A stretch of 31,531 bases of DNA, from the IMG/VR virus record IMGVR_UViG_3300037722_000118, positions 1-31,531 of that record. One strand, given 5' to 3'. A model generated the notes under the pieces. The model was not told where the DNA came from, searched no databases, and saw only the letters and a list, made by a program, of their open reading frames with translations. Each line of letters opens with the position of its first letter. Position 1 is the stretch's first letter. The position numbers were made by a program, and so were the translations under genes. Below, piece by piece: positions 10,584-17,329 of this stretch. The DNA comes from a virus (Duplodnaviria; Caudoviricetes).

Positions 10584-10814
10584 ATGAAGTTTCCCGGCCA
10601 AACGCTGTTTTCTTCCCCGAAGCCACCCGCGCAACCCGCCGCACCTCCTCCGCCGCCCGAGCCGGAAGCGCCCCCGCCCGTAACGGCGATGCCTGACGCT
10701 GAGGATGTGGTGGCCAAGAAGCGCAAGCGTCGTACTGCCGCAGCGGCTACGCAGTCCGGTGTGATGTCGACCATCCTCAGCGATGCGTCCGGTACCGAGA
10801 AGCTGGGCGGCTGA
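10584..10814 (+). CDS. Small Pro-rich pre-portal virion protein (T7 gp7.3-like position), copy 2
   Basis: SD GGAGG at 10571-10575, ATG 10584; MKFPGQTL...PPPPP...KKRKRR...STILSD...KLGG. Confidence 0.7.
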   Translation: MKFPGQTLFSSPKPPAQPAAPPPPPEPEAPPPVTAMPDAEDVVAKKRKRRTAAAATQSGVMSTILSDASGTEKLGG

Positions 10815-10816
10815 CC

Positions 10817-12502
10817 TTGGCATACGCGGTCGGGGATGATCATAAAAAGCTCATAGAGGACGGCGACAAGCTTTTCACCAATCGCAAGTCCCTTGAGTCT
10901 TTTTGGCAGGAAGTCGCCAACGAGTTTTACGTGGAGATGGCGGACTTCACCATCACGCGGTACTTGGGCGATGAGTTCGCCGACCATCTCACCACGTCAT
11001 ACCCGCTGATCGCCAGACGGACACTTGGGGATTCGCTATCGGCTCTGCTGCGTCCGGTGAACCTGGACAGCACGTCCCCGGGTGTGTGGTTCTCCATGCG
11101 CGCGGAGGACGAACGACGAGAAGATCAGTCTGCTCGTAGCTGGCTGGAATTCGCCACAGGCGTTCAGCGGCGAGCCATGTACGACCCGAAGTCGAATTTC
11201 GTGCGTGCCACGAAGGAAGGGGATCATAGTTTCGTCACCTTCGGGCAATGTCCTATCTCGGTGGAGTTGAACCGCAACCGCGACCGTTTGCTGTACCGCT
11301 GTTGGCACTTGCGCGATGTAGCCTGGGCTGAAGGCAGCGAGGGTCAGATAGACGCGGTGTACCGCAAGTGGAAGCCGGAGGCACGCCAGCTTATCGACAC
11401 GTTCGGGAACAATGTAGCTTCAGAGGTCAAGACCAAGGCGGAGAAAGACCCCTATTGCAAGATCGATGTCTGTCACATCGTCATCAATGCGGATCTGTAT
11501 GCACAGAGGGGAAAGAGCTTCAAGAAATACCGCACGCCGTGGGTGTCGGTCTGGATCGACAAAACTCATAATTGGGTGATGGAGGAGGTCGGTTCCTTCT
11601 CCCGAATTTACGTCATTCCAAGGTGGGTGACGATCCCCGGGTCTCAGTATGCCTCGTCTCCTGCAGTGACCGCTGCACTACCGGATGCGCGGCTCATGCA
11701 GGCCATGACGCGCACGCTGTTGGAGAGTGGCGAGAAGTTCGCCGATCCGCCCATGGTCGCCACGCAAGAGGCAGTCCGTTCCGACGTTCAACTCTTCGCT
11801 GGCGGTGTGACGTGGGTCGACTCGGAATACGATGAGCGACTCGGTGAAGCGCTGAGACCAGTTTATGAGCCGGGCGCTTCCGCCGGTTTAGGTATGGCCC
11901 TTCAATTGAATGATCGAGTCCAGGCCAGCATCGCCAAGGCATTCTTTCTCGACAGCCTGAGTCTCCCTCCTGCCGATGTGAAGGACATGACGGCCTTCGA
12001 GGTGGGGCAGCGGATTTCCGAATGGATTCGGAGGGCAATGCCGATCTTCGAGCCGATGGAGTTCGAATATAACGGGGGGCTTTGTGAGGAAACGTTCGAC
12101 CTCCTGTTGAGAAATGGTGCTTTCGGCGCGATGGACGATCTGCCGCAATCTCTTCGGGGTTCGGAGATCAAGTTCAAATTCGAGTCCCCTCTCCATGAGA
12201 GCGCGGATCGTCGCAAGGGTCAGAAGTTCCTGGAAGCCAAAGCGGCACTGGTACAGGCGGCCGAGCTTGATCAGAACGTCATCCCCATGCTGAACGCCAG
12301 CAAGACACTCAGGGATGTTCTGAAGTCCATCGGCACCCCGGCGGATTGGACGCGCGACGACGCCGAACTAGAGGAGATGGCTCGTGCCAAGCAGGAAGCC
12401 GAGCAAATGCAGGCAGTCCTGGCTGGCGGGGTCGAGGGCACGGAGGCGGTTAGGAACCTCGGTTCCGCGGCCAAGGACTTCGCGGCAGCCGGTGGTATCT
12501 AG
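10817..12502 (+). CDS. Portal protein (head-to-tail connector, T7 gp8/Bbp21-like)
   Basis: 561 aa; IPRW......YA.SP...ALPD..L and MTAFEV..R motifs; position in module. Confidence 0.92.
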   Translation: MAYAVGDDHKKLIEDGDKLFTNRKSLESFWQEVANEFYVEMADFTITRYLGDEFADHLTTSYPLIARRTLGDSLSALLRPVNLDSTSPGVWFSMRAEDERREDQSARSWLEFATGVQRRAMYDPKSNFVRATKEGDHSFVTFGQCPISVELNRNRDRLLYRCWHLRDVAWAEGSEGQIDAVYRKWKPEARQLIDTFGNNVASEVKTKAEKDPYCKIDVCHIVINADLYAQRGKSFKKYRTPWVSVWIDKTHNWVMEEVGSFSRIYVIPRWVTIPGSQYASSPAVTAALPDARLMQAMTRTLLESGEKFADPPMVATQEAVRSDVQLFAGGVTWVDSEYDERLGEALRPVYEPGASAGLGMALQLNDRVQASIAKAFFLDSLSLPPADVKDMTAFEVGQRISEWIRRAMPIFEPMEFEYNGGLCEETFDLLLRNGAFGAMDDLPQSLRGSEIKFKFESPLHESADRRKGQKFLEAKAALVQAAELDQNVIPMLNASKTLRDVLKSIGTPADWTRDDAELEEMARAKQEAEQMQAVLAGGVEGTEAVRNLGSAAKDFAAAGGI

Positions 12503-12837
12503 TGGCGAAAAAGAAACCGGCTGGCGCCGCCTGGACGCCGCCTGATTATGCCGATGCCGACGCCTTCGCTCTGCAAGCCCTCCAAAGAGGCGAGGCAAAC
12601 CCGGACCAACAGGTGAGGGCGCTCAAGTACGTCGTCGAGACGATCTGCGGAACTTACGACCTGTCCTTCAGGCCGGAGAGTGAACGCGAGACCTGCTTTG
12701 CCGAGGGCAGACGGTTCTGTGGAACGCAGATCGTCAAATTGTGCAACATCAAGATAAGGACTTCTCATGGCCGGAGAGACCCAAACCGAGACCCCGAACG
12801 CAGCCCCGCAGACGAGCAACGTCCAGACCAGCGATAA
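12502..12837 (+). CDS. Bbp19-like small protein
   Basis: TYDLSFRP.S.RET.FAEGRRF.G.QI pattern; lies between portal and scaffold. Confidence 0.7.
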   Translation: MAKKKPAGAAWTPPDYADADAFALQALQRGEANPDQQVRALKYVVETICGTYDLSFRPESERETCFAEGRRFCGTQIVKLCNIKIRTSHGRRDPNRDPERSPADEQRPDQR

Positions 12838-13732
12838 TGTTGCGGCTGCCGCCAAGCCGAACGGTGCCGAGGATAAGACGCTGGTCGATGGTGGCGGCGG
12901 GCCTGATACGCACCAGGCACCCCCTCCGACATGGCCGGAGGATTGGCGCCAGCGTTTCGCGGGCAGCGATGCCGAGGCCCTGAAGACACTCAATCGCTTC
13001 AAAGACCCGGCGAACATCTGGAAATCCTACCAGGGCCTTCGCCAGCGCGTCGATACCGGTGAGTTCAAGCGCGCCCGTCCCGATCCGAAGGACGAGAAAG
13101 CCTATGGCGAGTGGAAGGCCGAGGCGGGCATTCCCGAGAAGCCCGAGGGCTACCTGGAGAAGCTTCCCGAGAACCTGCGGGACGTGCCCGAGGATCACAA
13201 GGACGTGGTGAACCGGCTCCTTGAGATCGCCCACAAAAGCGACATGACGCCGGATGAGACCGCGAAGGGCCTGGATATCTACTGGCAGGTTTTTCAGGCA
13301 CAGGAAGATCAGCGCCATGAACAAGACAAGCAGCATCGTCTTCAGGCTGAGGACGAACTGCGGGCCGCATGGGGTCCAGAGTTTCGCGCCACCATCAACG
13401 GCATTACGACGCTGCTGGACACCCACGCTCCCAAGGGACTGAAGGAGCGCCTGTTCACCGCTCGTCTGTCGGATGGAACCCCGGTGGGTAACGATCCGCA
13501 AATGCTGCAATTCCTCGCGTCCCTCGACAAGGAGATCAACCCGCACGGCACCGTGACGCCGAATCAGGGTCAGGACGCGGCAACGAGCATCGCGGATGAG
13601 ATCAAGCAGCTTGAAATGGAGGCTGCGGATACGAAGTCGCGCAAATACGACTACTGGCAGTCGCCCGCGAAACAGGCGCGCCTTCGCCAGCTCTACGAGA
13701 TCGAAGAGCGTATGAAGCGGAAAGCCGGTTGA
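12767..13732 (+). CDS. Capsid scaffolding protein
   Basis: SD AAGGA; acidic disordered N-terminus, WPEDWR, G.PEKPEGY, LRAAWGPEF, helical; position in module. Confidence 0.8.
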   Translation: MAGETQTETPNAAPQTSNVQTSDNVAAAAKPNGAEDKTLVDGGGGPDTHQAPPPTWPEDWRQRFAGSDAEALKTLNRFKDPANIWKSYQGLRQRVDTGEFKRARPDPKDEKAYGEWKAEAGIPEKPEGYLEKLPENLRDVPEDHKDVVNRLLEIAHKSDMTPDETAKGLDIYWQVFQAQEDQRHEQDKQHRLQAEDELRAAWGPEFRATINGITTLLDTHAPKGLKERLFTARLSDGTPVGNDPQMLQFLASLDKEINPHGTVTPNQGQDAATSIADEIKQLEMEAADTKSRKYDYWQSPAKQARLRQLYEIEERMKRKAG

Positions 13733-14610
13733 TGCGTCCGATCTATGAAAACACCGTCATCCAGATCGATGTCACAAATGCGTGCCACCTATCTTGCCGG
13801 CACTGCACTCGGCACGTCGGCCACCACCGCAAGCCGTTCTTCATGGACCTCGATACTGTACGGCGGGCCATCCTCTCACTCGATGGCTTCCCTGGCCGGG
13901 TCGGGATCATGGGGGGCGAGCCGACGCTTCATCCGCGTTTCGCCGATATCTGTGCGTTGGTCCGGGAGTTGATTCCCGACAGACGTCGGCGCGAGTTCTG
14001 GACGGCCGGCTTTCGCTGGGGCGAGCATAAGGCAACCATCTACGAGACGTTCGATAGTGACCGCATAAACTACAACGATCATGTAGCCTACGACGGGAAG
14101 CACACCCCGCTGTTGGTGGCGATCGAGGAAGTCGTTGACGACCTGGAATTGCGTGCCGAGCTGATCGAGAATTGCAGCTTTCAAACCCACTGGTCGGCTT
14201 CGATCACACCAAAGGGCGCGTTCTTCTGCGAGATCGCCGCGAGCCTCGATTGGCTGATGGACGGCCCCGGCGGCTATCCCATCGAGCCCGGTTGGTGGCG
14301 CAAGACGCCGGCAGACTTCAAGGACCAGGTGGACCGCTACTGTGGTCAGTGCTCCGGCGCCATCCCCATGCCCGCCTATTCGGACGGCAGGGGCGGGCGG
14401 GACGGCCCGACAATAGAGCAGATCAGCCCCGGTAATGTGGAGCGCCTTCGCGCCCTGGGTTCCCGCAAGGTTATGGCGGGGCACTATGAGGTCTGGGAGA
14501 AGAAGATCACCCGCGCGGATGTGGAAGCCCATGCGGCTCGCAACCCGCGGGCTTTCCGGTCTTTCGTAGCTCGGAATCCAGAGGACGTTAAGAACGCGCT
14601 TGACGCCTAG
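13732..14610 (+). CDS. Radical SAM protein (second), inside the head module
   Basis: IDVTNACHLSCRHC (CxxxCxxC), GIMGGEPTLHP, auxiliary Cys (NCSF, FFCE, CGQC); ATG overlaps the scaffold stop (TGATG). Confidence 0.9.
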   Translation: MRPIYENTVIQIDVTNACHLSCRHCTRHVGHHRKPFFMDLDTVRRAILSLDGFPGRVGIMGGEPTLHPRFADICALVRELIPDRRRREFWTAGFRWGEHKATIYETFDSDRINYNDHVAYDGKHTPLLVAIEEVVDDLELRAELIENCSFQTHWSASITPKGAFFCEIAASLDWLMDGPGGYPIEPGWWRKTPADFKDQVDRYCGQCSGAIPMPAYSDGRGGRDGPTIEQISPGNVERLRALGSRKVMAGHYEVWEKKITRADVEAHAARNPRAFRSFVARNPEDVKNALDA

Positions 14611-14628
14611 CCTATATTCGTATAGGTA
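14600..14628 (+). promoter_or_regulatory. Possible promoter with palindrome in its spacer
   Basis: TTGACG at 14600-14605, 17 nt, then TAGGTA; perfect hairpin CCTATA-TTCG-TATAGG at 14611-14626. Confidence 0.35.
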
Positions 14629-14635
14629 GACTAAA

Positions 14636-14828
14636 TGCGTAGTGCGCCGGACAACCCGTAAGGCCCCGGCAGCGACGCACACAAACCCGCCAAGGCAAAG
14701 CCCCGAGGCGGCAAGGAACGGCCCCGCAGGCCGCAACAAGCAATAAGCAATTCTTCTGCGGACAACCCTGACCAAGCCCAACGGATAACCGGAGCCAAGG
14801 CAGTTCAACCCCTTTGGGGAGAATTGCA
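14636..14828 (+). ncRNA. Structured 5' leader of the major capsid gene (cis-regulatory RNA candidate)
   Basis: Three GGAYAACC copies (14649, 14760, 14783); stems GCCGG/CCGGC, TGCGT/ACGCA and CCGCAG/CTGCGG; CCCC-TTT-GGGG hairpin over the SD. Confidence 0.5.
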
Positions 14829-15683
14829 ATGGCCGATACGGCTTTTCAGCGCCAGTATCGCCAGGAGTACATTCACGGCTTCGAGGACCGTCAGTCCATT
14901 CTGCGCGCGACCTGCGTGCAGGAAGCCGTGATCAAGGGCAACGAGGCGACTTTCCTTGTTGCAGACTCCGGCTCGGCGACCGCCACCACGCGTGGCGTCA
15001 ACGGCCTGATCACCGCTCGCGCGGACAACAACACGCAGAACACCTGCACCTTGCGCGAATGGCACGATCTGGTCCGCAAGACCAACTTCAACGTCTTCGC
15101 TTCTCAGGGAGATCAGCGTCGCATCATGCAGGAGACCACCATGGCGGTGGTCAATCGCAAGATGGACGACATCATCATCGAGGAGCTGGACACCGCCACC
15201 AACGACACCGGGTCGGCCGCCACGGCCAGCCTGGACATGGTGGTTCATGCCCGCACCATCCTGGGCAACAACTTCGTGGACCTGACGGACGAAGACAACA
15301 TCTTCGGCCTCATCAGCCCGGCCTTCGAAGGCTACCTGATGCAGATCCCCGAATATGCGTCGGCCGACTACGTGGAGGTGAAGCCCTTCACCGGTCCTGC
15401 TCGACGCTTCCGCCGCTGGATGGGCGTCAACTGGATGATCCACGCCCGCTTGACCGGCTCGGTCGGTGCTGGCGGTGCTGGTACGTCGGAGCAGTGCTAC
15501 ATGTTCCACCGCAACGCCATGGGTTGCGCGGTGGACAAGGACGGCATCGACAGTCCGGTCGGGTATGACGAGGAGCAGGCTTACAGCTGGGCTCGCGTCT
15601 CCGTCCACATGGGCGCCAAGCTGCTGCAGAACAGCGGCATTGTGCAGATGTTGCACAACGCCTCTGGCTATGCGGCTACGTAA
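14829..15683 (+). CDS. Major capsid protein
   Basis: ATG 14829 after GGGGAG; 284 aa; AF..QY..E...FE...S.LR, NRKMDDIII, W.G.NW..H, HMGAKLLQ..GIV; strong codon bias; position in module. Confidence 0.9.
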   Translation: MADTAFQRQYRQEYIHGFEDRQSILRATCVQEAVIKGNEATFLVADSGSATATTRGVNGLITARADNNTQNTCTLREWHDLVRKTNFNVFASQGDQRRIMQETTMAVVNRKMDDIIIEELDTATNDTGSAATASLDMVVHARTILGNNFVDLTDEDNIFGLISPAFEGYLMQIPEYASADYVEVKPFTGPARRFRRWMGVNWMIHARLTGSVGAGGAGTSEQCYMFHRNAMGCAVDKDGIDSPVGYDEEQAYSWARVSVHMGAKLLQNSGIVQMLHNASGYAAT

Positions 15684-15695
15684 GGAGGATTGAAC

Positions 15696-15977
15696 ATGGC
15701 TTATCTCAGCTCGACCTCCACCTCGCCCAACGTGCCGGTCCTGCAGACTCAGGGTATCGCTGGCGTCCGCACCTGGCACTATGTGTCCACCCACATCTCC
15801 TCGGATATCGAGGCGGTCAACTTCTTCACCGATGGCCTGGAGCTTGGTTTCAAGGTCGGTGACCAGGTGATCCACCACACCTCGACCGGCGGGATCATCA
15901 CCTCTCACTCGGTGCTTGTGGTTGGCTCGACCACCACGGACATCAGTGTCGGGACCACCATCGGCCTCGGCTCGTAA
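15696..15977 (+). CDS. Probable capsid decoration (cement) protein, Ser/Thr-rich
   Basis: SD AAGGAGG; immediately after the capsid gene and before its terminator; NFFTDG..LG.KVGD.V; capsid-like codon bias. Confidence 0.7.
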   Translation: MAYLSSTSTSPNVPVLQTQGIAGVRTWHYVSTHISSDIEAVNFFTDGLELGFKVGDQVIHHTSTGGIITSHSVLVVGSTTTDISVGTTIGLGS

Positions 15978-16015
15978 TCGCGTCCCAGCGCGATAGGGCT
16001 TCGGCCCACTCAACT

Positions 16016-16044
16016 AGGGCGTCCTTTCGGGGGCGCCCTTTTTT
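16016..16044 (+). terminator. Rho-independent terminator after capsid and decoration genes
   Basis: GGGCGTCCT-TTCG-GGGGCGCCC followed by T6. Confidence 0.9.
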
Positions 16045-16057
16045 ATGGGAATCCTAA

Positions 16058-16246
16058 ATGAGCAGCGAAAGCAATATTCTGGCCCATGAAGTGAGATGGG
16101 TGCTCGGCTGGAAATGTTTTGGAATTTACACCTCATGCGGGGTTCTGATCAAAAGGGGGTTCTGGCCAGCGAGCGAGGCACAGAATTATCTGAATCAACG
16201 CCGAGGACTGGCCAGCGTTGACAACTCAATACAGGAGCGTTCATGA
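16058..16246 (+). CDS. Hypothetical small protein
   Basis: SD GGGA; ATGA overlap with the next gene; more AT-rich than its flanks. Confidence 0.45.
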   Translation: MSSESNILAHEVRWVLGWKCFGIYTSCGVLIKRGFWPASEAQNYLNQRRGLASVDNSIQERS

Positions 16247-16680
16247 CACAGAGCAAGATGCCGCCCAAGCTTCACTACGGCCGCCTGCACAAGGACGAGT
16301 CCGCTATCTGGCGGCGACTGGCGGCCGACATCCCTGCCGGCACCACATTGGATACGATCCTCCAACCTGGTTATTGGGCGCACTACGTCCGAGAAATAGA
16401 GCCGACCAACATCATCACGGCTTTCTGCGAGGACGGTTCCTGGGAAGCGGAACTCCGGGTGATGTACGTCGACAAGGTGGGTGCCAAAGTAGCCGTCCGT
16501 TGGCATGTCGAGTACGACACCAAGGAGGTGGCGGTAGACGATGCAGAGGCTTTCGCCAACAAGGTGAAATGGATCAGCCCCGGCGCAAAGTTTGCCGTCG
16601 TCGGCCCCACGGGAGAAGTGATCAAGGCCGGCTTCTATCCGCGCCAACAGGCCATCAACTATTTGAGGCAGTTGGGCTGA
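16243..16680 (+). CDS. Conserved-type phage hypothetical protein
   Basis: SD AGGAG; LQPGYWAHY...EDGSWEAELRV pattern. Confidence 0.75.
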   Translation: MTQSKMPPKLHYGRLHKDESAIWRRLAADIPAGTTLDTILQPGYWAHYVREIEPTNIITAFCEDGSWEAELRVMYVDKVGAKVAVRWHVEYDTKEVAVDDAEAFANKVKWISPGAKFAVVGPTGEVIKAGFYPRQQAINYLRQLG

Positions 16681-16681
16681 C

Positions 16682-17329
16682 ATGACGACTTCTCGTCTGC
16701 AACTGTACCAGATCGCCGCGCGCGCGGTGGGGGAGCGTAGCGTGGATTCCTTGACTGAAAGCAGCGAGACGCGCCGCCTGCTGGACGAAGTATGGAGCCA
16801 GGGAAACGGCGCGGTGCGGTATTGGCTTGAACAGGGCTATTGGGACTTTGCCACGCGTGCAGTGAAGCTTGATCCGTCGTCGGATGTGACGATGGATTTC
16901 GGCTATTCCGAGGCGTTCGAGAAGCCGAGCGATTTCGTGCGCCTGGACATGATCTCTGCGGACGAGAGATTCTCCTATCCGCTGACGGACTTCGAGATAG
17001 AGGGAAACTACATCTTCGCCGACGTCGACCCTCTTTATCTACGGTTCATTTCTGACGATGCGGATTTCGGCGGCGATTTTTCCAAATGGCCGGAGACTTT
17101 CACCATGTGGGCCGGCCATGATCTCGGCTACCGTGCTTTGTCGTCTCGGCTGAAAAACGATACCGACGACGAGAGACTACAGAAGAAAGTCAAGCGTCTT
17201 CTGGTGGATGCGCGCTCCAAGGACGCGCAGCAGGCGCCGCCGCGCTTCCCACCCCCGAGTTCTTGGGAACAGGCTCGATACGGTCGCAGGGGCTCGGAGC
17301 GTGGCAAGCGTGGCCGGTTGATCGGATAA
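16682..17329 (+). CDS. Tail tubular protein A / adaptor (T7 gp11-like)
   Basis: A..A.GE..V.SL.E, W.FAT..V.L, PSDFVRL, ARSKDA; size and position. Confidence 0.82.
   Translation: MTTSRLQLYQIAARAVGERSVDSLTESSETRRLLDEVWSQGNGAVRYWLEQGYWDFATRAVKLDPSSDVTMDFGYSEAFEKPSDFVRLDMISADERFSYPLTDFEIEGNYIFADVDPLYLRFISDDADFGGDFSKWPETFTMWAGHDLGYRALSSRLKNDTDDERLQKKVKRLLVDARSKDAQQAPPRFPPPSSWEQARYGRRGSERGKRGRLIG

Noticed and set aside
15660-15700. T7 10A/10B-style frameshift or read-through fusing capsid and downstream protein
   Set aside because: No slippery sequence recognised; the downstream gene has its own strong SD and ATG
16217-16245. TTGACA possible -35 element
   Set aside because: No credible -10 at 16-18 nt; that position coincides with the next start codon
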